Positions 53,161 to 64,000 of a stretch of 64,000 nt of DNA are shown here, piece after piece. Source of the stretch: Octopus sinensis (taxonomy: Eukaryota); assembly GCF_006345805.1 (NCBI RefSeq), contig NC_043009.1, forward strand, positions 34,658,001-34,722,000, given 5' to 3'. The notes under the pieces were generated by a model that saw nothing but the letters and a program-made list of their open reading frames with translations, did not search any database and was not told the origin of the DNA. Every line of letters begins with the position of its first letter. Position 1 is the stretch's first letter. The translations under genes and the position numbers were made by a program.

Positions 53161-53490
53161 ACATACACACATACATACAAACATACGTACATACATACAT
53201 ACAATCATACATACATACATACATACATACATACATACATACATACATACATACATACATACATACATACATACATACATACATACATACTGCACGAGAC
53301 GTGATTAATCATCATGTGGATCGCACTATCAAAATCTTCAAGATAATTTTGCATTAGGCATGCCATTCGGAAAGTCCCGCAGTTATCCCATGACCGATCT
53401 AAACAAAGTAGCTATCATTTTGGATTTGGCAACGTTTTATATTCAAACTGGAAGTTTTAGCTTCCTGTAATTTCTATGCAAGTCTGCTCG

Positions 53491-53571
<81 letters not shown>

Positions 53572-53607
53572 GTCCATCCATCCATCCATCCATCCATCCA
53601 TCCATCC

Positions 53608-53679
<72 letters not shown>

Positions 53680-53715
53680 GTCCATCCATCCATCCATCCA
53701 TCCATCCATCCATCC

Positions 53716-53772
<57 letters not shown>

Positions 53773-53810
53773 CCTATCTAGCTGTCTGTCTGTCTGTCTG
53801 TCTGTCTATC
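53491..53810. repeat. (TCTA)n/(TCCA)n/(TCTG)n compound microsatellite
   Basis: Directly visible. Confidence 0.95.
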
Positions 53811-54214
53811 TTGTTGCCTGTCGTTCGCGTCGTCTCGTGTAAGTTCATATATTTTGTCGTGTTTACTTATGTATACCTGTATATATTTTTGTCAGAAAGT
53901 TTCCTAATAGCATCGCGCTCGAAAAATTGCCCTCTAAGGGCGAATTTTCATATTGCAAAAATTTAAAAATACATATTTTGCGAATGAAAAAAACAACTAG
54001 ATCCGAAAAACTTCCACCACTTACAAGTTTCCAAATAACGGTACATGCCATTAAAAAAACTAAACTAAACTAAACAAAAGCTCTATACTATCACGGTAAT
54101 GTTTTTCTTACTAGCAATTCTATAAATGATCCTCTAAGGTGCTGACAGATTATCCTCTTGAAATTAAGTTCTAACCACAATAACCGTATATAATTCCGCG
54201 GAAAAGTAAACACA

Positions 54215-54354
<140 letters not shown>

Positions 54355-55069
54355 CACATTTCTTGCTTTCATATAACCTTCATTTCTTGAAGTCAGACAG
54401 CAAATTGACGAAACTACATGTTACTATGAAGCATTGAAGCGCTCGACGCATACAATAGTTTGGTAGATAGGTAGATAGATAGATAGATAGGTAAACGTAT
54501 ACATACATGCATAGATACGTACATAAATATATACATATGTTAGCAAATTGCGAGATGCACACAAACACCTTCCACGCACACACACCAATACACAAAAATA
54601 TATAGAGCGCTAATCAACCTTTGTTAGCATTCTAAATATATTCAATAAAATCTAGATTAGTGCGCCAGATATATCTGTATGCAGCTGTCTGTTTATATAT
54701 GCATGCCTGTATACATGCCTGTATACATACCTCTCTCACTATCTCCCTTTCTCTCCCCATCTTCCTTTCTATCTCCCTACCTATCCTTCCATGCCCACGT
54801 ATCTAATTGTTAATCAATGACCGAATGTTGATTTGTATTACTTTATATTTGCGCAATTCAAAATATGCTCTTTTAAAATTTAACAAGTTCACCAAAGAGT
54901 TGTTTACATTCTTTCATCTCGTTACTTCAGTAGTTACATTAAATATCGATAGAACACTTTTTATATATATAAGCACACTCTAAAGCATTAGAACAGTAAT
55001 ATATATTTTCGGAAGTCAACATTTGACATATATATATTTTGAAACATGAAATTCATCACAATATATTTC

Positions 55070-56166
55070 AGCAATGTGAAAATTTTATTCATCAAATGTA
55101 TCATTGCAATCAACACATTTTTGCCAATTAGTTACAAGTTTGTTTAATGCGGTGACATAAAAATCTGGAGTTCTGGAGCTGAACTCTTTGAACGCACTTT
55201 CAGCATTGGTTTGATTATTGAACTCCTACTCTTGCAGGAAACCATCAAGGTGCTTTAAAGAGTGGTAGTCGGTAGGAGAAAGGTCTGGGGAATAAGCTAG
55301 GTGGGGAAGAACTTCGTAGCCAAGTTCCCTCAACTTCTGGAGCGTTATTAGTGAAACGTGTGTTCGGGCCTCGTCATGAAGATTGACTGGCCATCTTCTG
55401 TTGACCAGTCTGGGAGGAAGGAGTAGCAATTTTTCGTTCGTTTTGGTAATTTCATGTCTATATGTTTCTGCAGTAATAGTTTTTCCGGGTTTTAAGAAGC
55501 TATAGTGGATGAATCCAGCAGTACGCCACTAAACAGTCACCATAACCTTCTGTTTGAAGAGCTCGGATTTAGGGAAGGTTTTCGGTGCTTCATTTTGATC
55601 CAACCACTGCGAAGAACGTTTTTTTTTTATTATTGTACAGAATCCACTTTTCATTGCAAGTTACAATTTTGTCGAGAAATGGATCGGTTTGGTTACAGAG
55701 AAGAAGCTACTTCTCGAGTGGTTTTACATGGATCTTTCTCAAATGACGGTCTTTAATTGACTGTCATCGATGACAGATGGCCATCCCCTACGCTCACGAT
55801 CTTCAAGGCTCAGGTTTCCACTGCGAAATCGTTTAAACCATTTTCGAATTGACCACTCACTTGTCATTTCCTCACCAAATGTTTCATTGATAACGCGATC
55901 AGTTTCAGCTGTTTTACGTCCTTTTTTGAAGTTGAATAGCAAAACTGCTCGAATGTCACGCTTTGACAGTTCTATTTCAGATGATTGTAAGAACGGTGAA
56001 AAAAAATATCAATATTAATTTATTGAGGCATTTGGGCAAGTCTATATCTCTATTATCAGACAATTGCAAAAGAAAAAAAAATGCTTTAAAAAAACTCAAA
56101 ACTCTTCCAAAATCCGGTACAAATTCTTCACGGTTCAAAATGTTCCTTACTTTTTACTCAACCTGA
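55070..56166 (-). mobile_element. Mariner (DD34D) transposon, internally deleted
   Basis: WFKRFRSGNLSLED, LHDEARTH and HLAYSPDLSPTDYH; end TA-TCAGGTTGAGTAAAAAGTAA. Confidence 0.88.
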
Positions 56167-56296
56167 TATATAAGCATCAAACTAATACACTTGCTTGTTG
56201 TTCCTACACTTGTCTTCGTCTTTGTTCAGAAGGATAGGGTTCGAGTATACAGGGGTGAGAGAAAGAAATTAGATAATATTATATGTAATAGTATCA

Positions 56297-56874
56297 GTGC
56301 CTAGATATAGAAACAAAGATATAGGATACAAAGAATTTATGACAGCAAACAGAGCGAACACGTGGTATATGGCCGAAAAATATCAAGGAGTGATGCTTGT
56401 AGAGGCCACAGCCCATGGAGAACTAGCCCGTATTTTAGAAAAGCTCGGAAGGAAATCAAACACATTAAGATTGTTGAAAAGCCAGGGAACTCCGTCAGAT
56501 TTCAACTATGTAGGACGTACCCATTTAAGAATAACATATGCACCAATGATAACTGCATAGTATATAGGATTATCCTCGGCATTTACTGTAGAATTAGAAA
56601 TGTAGTTTACAGCATAAAATGCATAGAAGGTGCTTGTAAAAACATGAACATGACATACGTAGGGGAGACATCTAGGAGCATTGCGGAACGACTAAATGAA
56701 CATTTGAGACAATATGACGATAAAAAACAGTCATTCATACTCTACCAGCATGCTAAGGACAAGCATGGAGGTAACCTGGGTCAGCTTGACATCCGCATCT
56801 TATCCAAGCACCCAAAGGACACAACACTCAGACAAATACAGGAGTACGTCACTTTGTTTACAATATATTGTTAG
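56297..56874 (+). pseudogene. PLE Cys-rich linker plus GIY-YIG endonuclease fragment
   Basis: IKIVEKPG, C..NC..CR..NVVYSIKC..C..YVGETSRSIAERLNEH..H..H and RQIQE. Confidence 0.88.
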
Positions 56875-56913
56875 CGTTAGCGAACTCTGGCTATCGCTCT
56901 GGCATGCAGATGC

Positions 56914-56962
56914 TCGCGACTGAGGACGAGCCAAATAGCTCGAAACTGAGGTAGTCTCGCGA
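56914..56962 (+). ncRNA. Type I hammerhead ribozyme with one extra nucleotide after A9
   Basis: tcgcga-CTGAGGA-c-gagc caaata gctc-GAAAC-tgaggta-GTC-tcgcga. Confidence 0.82.
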
Positions 56963-57257
56963 TCCTGCTTCCTGCTAGTGTGTGTTAGGAGTTATATTGT
57001 ATATAAAAGGTGCAGAGTCAGGCCGATAAACAGCTGGCGGAGAATATCTCAGGGTTTAAACTAGTAGTAACACGGAAGAGCCATTTTAATGTGGCAACTG
57101 ACTTTATTTCATATATATATGTGACAGCGTGTATATCGTGAAATCCCCCTTCTTTCTTGCCTTTCCTGAGCGTCCAATAACACTGTACTTCTTCCCCGTC
57201 CTCGCGTTGTTGTGTTTTCTATTTGATCATGTTTGGATTAACTATATATATGTGTGT

Positions 57258-57361
<104 letters not shown>

Positions 57362-57750
57362 TGTGTGTAAATATATGTATTTGTAAATGTTTCGTATGCA
57401 TATATGTATGCGTGTTATATTTATATTTATAGTTTATATTGTTATTAAGCACATTATAAAGATTGTTGTCATAAGTGGAGCTCAGCATTTTTATATGTTT
57501 ATTTAATAATTCGCTAGAAATTTCCTGGTAAATCAACGTTTCTTTTTAGATTCACTTCTTAGTGGTTGTTACCTAGCAAGGAAGAATATCATATAATTCC
57601 TATCTGTAACTCTTTCTCCTCGCTCTCAGTTTCTTTCTCTCTCACTCATACACGTATATGTGTATATATATATACATACACACACACATATTTTTTTCTT
57701 TTCACTCTGTCTTTCTGTCTGTCTCTTTCTCTATCAGCTATAAAAATCCA

Positions 57751-58135
57751 TTTCTGCTCTAGGCAAAAGGACCGAAATTTTTGGGGGAGGGTGCCAGTCG
57801 ATTAAATCAATCCCAGTACTTAATTTATCGACCCTGAAAGGATGAAAGGCAAAGTCGACCTCGGCGGAATTTGAACTCAGAACGTAGCGGCAGACGAAAT
57901 ACCTATCTCTTTACTGCCCGCAAGGGCCTACACAGAGAGGGGACAAACAAGGACAGACAAACGGATTAAGTCGATTATATCGACCCCAGTGCGTAACTGG
58001 TACTTATTTAATCGACCCCGAAAGGATGAAAGGCAAAGTCGATCTTGGCGGAATTTGAACTCAGAACGTAGCGGCAGATGAAATGCCGCTAAGCATTTCA
58101 CCCGGCGTACTAACGTTTCTACCAGCTTGCCGCTT
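57751..58135 (-). mobile_element. Two tandem SINE family C units with different 3' tails
   Basis: GAAAGGATGAAAGGCAAAGTCGA..GAATTTGAACTCAGAACGTAGCGGCAGA occurs twice. Confidence 0.88.
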
Positions 58136-58180
58136 TCCAAAAGGACATATATTAACGTCAGCAAAAATATGAACACAGAG

Positions 58181-58639
58181 AGGAGTGGCTGTGTGGTAAG
58201 TAGCTTGCTTACCAACCACATGGTTCTGGGTTCAGTCCCACTGCGTGGCACCTTGGGCATGTGACTTCTACTATACCATCGGGCCGACCAAAGCTTTGTG
58301 AGCGGATTTGGTAGACGGAAAATGGAAGAAGCTAGTCGTATATATGTATATATATGCATATGTATGTGTGTGTATATGTTTGTGTGTCTGTGAAACTGAA
58401 ACAAGCCAGTCGTGTATACACACACACACAAACACATATATATATATATTTATTTATAGGCGTAGGAGTAGCTGTGTGGTAAGTAGCTTGCTTACGAACC
58501 ACATAGTTCCAGGTTTAGTCCCACTGCATGGCACCTTGGGCAAGTGTTTTCTACTATAGCTCCGAGCCGACCAAACCTTGTGAGTGGATTTGGTAGACGG
58601 AAACTGAAAGAAGCCCGTCGTATATATGTATATATATAT

Positions 58640-58671
<32 letters not shown>

Positions 58672-58960
58672 ATATATATATATATATATGTGCGTGTGTG
58701 TATGTGTGTGTGTATATGTTTGTGTATCTGTTTGTCCTCCCCAACATCGCTTGACAACCGATGCTGGTGTGTTTACATCCCCGTAACTTAGCGGTTCGGC
58801 AAAAGAATAAGTCCTTGGATCGATATTTGCTCGACTAAAAGGCGGTGCTCCAGCATAGGCACTGTCAAACGACTGAAACAAGTAAAATAATAAAAGAGTA
58901 TATATAGATGTATGTATATGTATGTATATATTGATTATATATATATACATACATACATAC

Positions 58961-59020
<60 letters not shown>

Positions 59021-59253
59021 GTGTGTAATTGTGTGTCTGTGTTTGTCCCCCCAACATCGCTTGACAACCGATGCTGGGTGTTTACATCCCCGTAACTTAG
59101 CGGTTCGGCAAAAGAATAAGTCCTTGGATCGATATTTGCTCGACTAAAAGGCGGTGCTCCAGCATAGGCACTGTCAAACGACTGAAACAAGTAAAATAAT
59201 AAAAGAGTATATATAGATGTATGTATATGTATGTATATATTGATTATATATAT

Positions 59254-59313
<60 letters not shown>

Positions 59314-59525
59314 GTGTGTGTAATTGTCTGTCTGTGTTTGTCCCCCCAACATCGCTTGACAACCGATGCTGGTGTGTTTACGTCCCGTAACTTAGCTGTG
59401 CGACAAAAGAGACCGATTGAAGAAGTACTAGGCTTACAAGGAATAAGTCCTGGTGTCGATTTGCTCGACTAAAGGCGGTGCTCTAGCATGGCCACAGTCA
59501 GATGACTGAAACAAGTAAAAGAGTA
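58181..59525 (+). mobile_element. SINE family A cluster with two heads and three tandem 3' modules
   Basis: Heads at 58181 and 58459; CCAACATCGCTTGACAACC at 58741, 59051 and 59346. Confidence 0.9.
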
Positions 59526-60120
59526 ACGGAATGAATATTTTGTCACTTTGTTGGGAATAATAATAAAAACAAGCTAAACACGTTTAAGTGTCAAAGAAAG
59601 GACAACTGTACTAGTATAAAGATCTGCTTTACGCGTTTCTTTATAGCAAGTTATCTTTTCAATATTCATGTTAAAATATGTTGTATATAAACTGTTATGC
59701 AAACATGAAGAAAAAAGTGTGATATTGGATTTACTCCATATATGTTGGCGATATCACAAACGTATTTAAACGACATCAGATGGCAGAATATCAAAGACGG
59801 GAATTTGCATAAATGTTTGTATTTTTAAACGTGGTTTTTATGAATTAACGTATAGCCATGTGCACTTATGTATACGTGTGTACGTTTTTATATTAGAATA
59901 TAGAAAACCCGTTCCCGGTTCTGCTCATCTCCAGACAAAATGCAGGTTGCATTATTTTGATAGGAAGAAATTAAACATTTCTGCCCTACGTGTATATTGA
60001 AATATTTGAAAACGTTGTAGCTGCTTTTGCAAAATAACAGGAAACGCTAAAACAAGGGTTCTGCACCACTTTACTTTCAAACCGATCCGTGCGCGCGAGT
60101 ATGTGTGTGTGTATACACGT

Positions 60121-60155
<35 letters not shown>

Positions 60156-60196
60156 CACACATACAAGTATATATACATATATATATATATATATTT

Positions 60197-60772
60197 ACAG
60201 TGTCAGCTGTTCACTACCAGTGAACTAAGGTAACACCTCTTATTTTATGAGCACCTTCCAGAGTATTCGAGCGGTTCCAAGCAGTGCTGTTTTCTGCAAG
60301 TGCTCCACCCTTATTGTAGGCCATATTTGTTTCACGTACTTCTCGAGTTTTGCTCACTGTTTCCAGGGCTCCGACAATTATTGGTACTACTGCTACCTTT
60401 TTTCATCGACCACAATTGCCTAACTTCCCAAGCTAACCTGTCATATATCCTGAATTTTCCTTCTTCCTTATCGCATACCTTGTTGTTAGCTGGGCATGCT
60501 ATATCTACAATCTAGTATAGTTTGTTTTATTGCTCAATTATAACTATGTCCGGCTTCCTATTTTCTATCTCATGGCCGCACTGAATCATAAAATCCCATA
60601 GGATCTTTGCACTATTATTTTTGACGATGCCTTCGGGTTTGTGGTCGTACCAATTTTTTGTCCATACTTGTTGCAGCGTCCAATGGACAAGCCTGGCTAT
60701 ATTGTCGTGGCGTCTCTTATATTCCTTCTGGGCTCGTGGCGTACATTGGCTGGTAATATGCCATGCGGTTTC
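60197..60772 (-). mobile_element. R4/Dong-like LINE 3' fragment (knuckle end plus RLE)
   Basis: ETAWHITSQC..YKRRHDNIA, KILWDFMIQC..RKPDIVI..DIACP and LQKTALLGTARIL. Confidence 0.88.
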
Positions 60773-60773
60773 A

Positions 60774-60810
60774 ATTATTATTATTATTTATTATTATTAT
60801 TATTATCATC

Positions 60811-60841
<31 letters not shown>

Positions 60842-60856
60842 TCATTATCATCATCA

Positions 60857-60923
<67 letters not shown>

Positions 60924-60944
60924 CATTATTATTATGATTATTAA

Positions 60945-61003
<59 letters not shown>

Positions 61004-61011
61004 TATTATTA
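60774..61011. repeat. (TTA)n/(TCA)n microsatellite
   Basis: Directly visible. Confidence 0.95.
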
Positions 61012-61412
61012 TTTGTATTCTTGTTTCGCTGCTCTTTATTTCCAGTTCAGCAGGTGCTGCAGTAGTTGTTATATTACTTGTTGGCAACTGAAAATCTTAT
61101 GAAAGCCATGTTCCTTTGCAAAGTTGTACAACAGAACAGCTTCAACAAAACCAGTTGTAACTATTTAACTAGCTTAGCTAGGAATTAATTAGGAGAACAG
61201 AATCGTTTTAACAATATGGCAAATGTCTTATTATTTTCTTATTTTCATTCTCGTCCTCTCTCGCTTCCTCTCGCTATCTATCGCTTTCTCTCGCTTGTTT
61301 TCCTTCTTGTTCTCTTTCTGTTTCCTAGCTTATCCGCAATAAAGACACATATTGTAGAATTAATGGCACACAGTGTACTGGGGAAGCACTTAAAAGACCA
61401 AAATAATCAGTA

Positions 61413-61480
61413 CCAACCACCACCACCACCACCACCACCACCACCACCACCACAACCACCACCACCATCACCAACACCAC
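61413..61480. repeat. (CCA)n microsatellite
   Basis: Directly visible. Confidence 0.95.
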
Positions 61481-61659
61481 GTCTTTGATATTAGGTACTA
61501 AACAACAGTTATAAGACGGATACCACGAGACAGTGCGCAGGATATCAAATTGCTCAATCTGCTAGAAAGAGAGACTAAACTTCTTTTAAGTTTCTCAATA
61601 CCTTTTAAAAAATGAAGGATATATTGAATCATGTAATACTAGATACCAAGGAAACCCAT

Positions 61660-62309
61660 TTGCCTGTATATACACTTGTCTGTATATGGATATGTAGGAC
61701 AGAGAAAGGTTTGTTTTCGAAATTCCTTGCAATCTCAGATATTAAAGGGGTTTTCCGTTTCAACTTTTTTCTGCTTTCTTCACAATCCTAATATCAAATG
61801 GTCATCAACTCTCCCTCTTACTACGCCAAAAATATTTTCAGTTATATTTGTTTTCAATTGCTTGTCCAGCGCTTTATATTTGCAGTCTTTCATCCTACAC
61901 AAGGCTGACCTTCTAATGATAACGATTCTGTGCCATTTTTTACATACCATGCTATGTTGTTTTTTCTGCTCTAATGCTGTGTTCGCATCCAATAAGTCAT
62001 CTTCCACCTCTTTTACAATGATCATTCATACGTTGTCGGTAACCCTTAATTTTAGCACCATTTTCATCAACCGGGTTGCTCAGGTTGTAACACTCCATGA
62101 CCACAGCATTGATTTGCTTGCTATATCTACGCTGTGTGTAGTGGTCCCTTTCTGGATATCGACAGCCTGGAGCTGGACAAGAATCTCTGAGCCTGCCGGG
62201 TGCAATACTGTCACCATCAATGGCTTTAGTTTTCATTACCACCGTTATTCACAATATTTTGTTCTTTAATTGTCACTCATATGAGGTAGCGATTATCAGG
62301 TTGCGCTAA
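61660..62309 (-). mobile_element. 5' end and N-terminus of a Dong-like LINE abutting (TAA)n
   Basis: RRYSKQINAVVMECY..SNP..GYRQRM. Confidence 0.7.
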
Positions 62310-62316
62310 TTATTAC

Positions 62317-62362
<46 letters not shown>

Positions 62363-62382
62363 TTATTATTATTATTATTATT

Positions 62383-62738
62383 CAGTAGTTTTATTTTTAT
62401 AGCGTGCTTTCACTTCACTACCGAGCGCAGCTCTGTGTGCCTTGGGTATGTGCTGTGATTTGTTGTGATGCTCTGATGGTTATTGTATGGAAAGTGTTCT
62501 GCGTAGGATGTGTGCAGTGCCTAGTAGTGCAATTTTCTGTATGTTATATGTGTTTGTAAGTCCTGGTGTTTTTGTTATGTATTTGTCTGAATATTTTTTT
62601 ATCATGCCTAATGCACCTACTATGATAGGAATTGTTTCTGTTTTCAGGTTCCACATTCTAGTTACCTCTATTTCCAGGTCTTTGTATTTTGAGAGTTTCT
62701 CCATTTCTTTTAGAGACACGTTGTCATCTACCGGTATT
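62383..62738 (-). mobile_element. Dong-like LINE 3' fragment (RLE C-terminus plus UTR)
   Basis: IPVDDNVSLKEMEKLSKYKDLEIEVTRMW..IQKIALLGTAHILRRTL; (TTA)n on both sides. Confidence 0.9.
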
Positions 62739-62756
62739 GTATTATTATTATTATTA

Positions 62757-62804
<48 letters not shown>

Positions 62805-62805
<1 letters not shown>

Positions 62806-63330
62806 TTTTTTTTTTCTTCTTTCAAATTTTCTTCCATTTCTTGCCGAGTGTCTTCCCGACTCCTAGGGCAAAGAAACTCATAGTGTATATTGGTAGGCCA
62901 TTAAACCAAACTCAGAAGTTCGTTCATTTTTTTTTTTTTTTTTTTTTTAAGTTAGATTAAAATACATGAGCAGCAACAGTTCTCACATCGACAATGCTCT
63001 TCTCAATACGTGTGATGTACCAGTTAAGACAATCTTTTGCACTTCTTGCAGGGATGGTAAGCCAGGGATCATTCTCATATAACTTTCGGTTCCCTTCTTG
63101 ATCATTCCTAGTGCTCCTACGATCACTGGTATTGTAACCGCCTTGAGATGCCACATTTTCTCAATTTCAATGAGTAGGTCTTTATATTTTCTGAGCTTGT
63201 CAAACTCTTTCGCTGAGATATTATGATCACAGGGGATGCTCATGTCGATCAATAAGCAAACTTTATTGTTTTGGTCTTTCACAACAATATCTGGTTTATT
63301 GGCCTTGATGGTTCGGTCTGTATGTACTGG

Positions 63331-63331
<1 letters not shown>
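62805..63331 (-). mobile_element. Dong-like LINE 3' fragment (complete RLE motif plus UTR)
   Basis: TDRTIKANKPDIVVKD..CLLIDMSIPCD..EFDKLRKYKDL; (TTA)n on both sides. Confidence 0.92.
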
Positions 63332-63392
<61 letters not shown>

Positions 63393-64000
63393 CATCATCA
63401 TCACTGATATCACTGATATTGTTGTTTTATTTTTTTACTATTTGTCATTGTTATATTGACTGACTCAGAGATTACACAGACCTATGCAGAGCAGGTGTGG
63501 TACCGATTTCCAGCGCTGTTCACATGGACAGCTGCATAGAAAATTACACTATTTTATGTGGCCTTCCCCAGCGATGCTTTCTCATGCAGAAAAACTTTCC
63601 AGAGAGTCCATTGCTCACTTGTAATCTTCTTCGGTGAACAGGCTCTTCAGTCTCATCATCATCATCATTATTATTATTTAACCTAATCCGCATTGCAATA
63701 TCTTTACTGAATACTCTCGCTTTTGGATGAAAGAACCTAGGAATGTCTCATTTTTTGTATACATTTTGAGATCATTCATATGAAGTAGGTAACCTATTTT
63801 CATCTTACATTTGGATAAACTCATAGGCAGGCCTGGATTTTTTTTATTCTACGTGTTAGAAGGATTAGTGCAATGACGAAGTGTAATGGGGAGAGAGAGA
63901 GTCACCCTGAAAAATGCCCCTGCGTATTTTCACGTTACCTAACGATTCATTTGTACACATCAATTCTATTTCCCGTACTCTCATTGTTTTCTCCTAGTCT

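Larger units (their letters stand above)
56230..57243 (+). mobile_element. 5'-truncated Penelope-like element (possibly Neptune-like) with HHR-bearing pseudo-LTR ending at (TA)n
   Basis: GIY-YIG ORF followed by an HHR; terminus CATGTTTGGATT.ACTATA is shared with about 51370. Confidence 0.8.

Noticed and set aside
52893-53204. ORF with C2H2-like zinc fingers, tempting as a member of the expanded octopus C2H2 gene family
   Set aside because: It has no TGEKP linkers, is frameshifted, starts inside (TACA)n and ends in a short UTR plus repeat tail, which fits an RTE LINE C-terminus better
61216-61488. Poly-proline ORF
   Set aside because: It derives from a (CCA)n microsatellite and has no other coding signal

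Overview
AT-rich, microsatellite-dense eukaryotic DNA, most likely intronic or intergenic sequence from an octopus or related coleoid (inferred from the tRNA-headed SINE families and repeat landscape). I found no supportable host protein-coding exon. Most ORFs in the supplied track are microsatellite translations or decayed transposon fragments. The window holds several modular tRNA-derived SINE families, many R4/Dong-like LINE fragments sitting in (TAA)n arrays, RTE and Gypsy fragments, three IS630-Tc1-mariner relics, a complete decayed Chapaev3 element, a non-autonomous Helitron, and Penelope-like element (PLE) relics. Most interesting: (1) at least nine hammerhead-ribozyme (HHR) or HHR-like motifs read by eye in short PLE-type repeats, of which three are canonical, three decayed and three share a non-canonical CUGU core; (2) many of these repeats have a fold-back architecture next to (TA)n, and one has a 14-bp target-site duplication; (3) five unrelated 3' UTRs of TAA-targeting elements share a stem-loop with an NGGNN loop. 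All calls were made by eye with no alignment, folding or database search, so family names and some boundaries are approximate.
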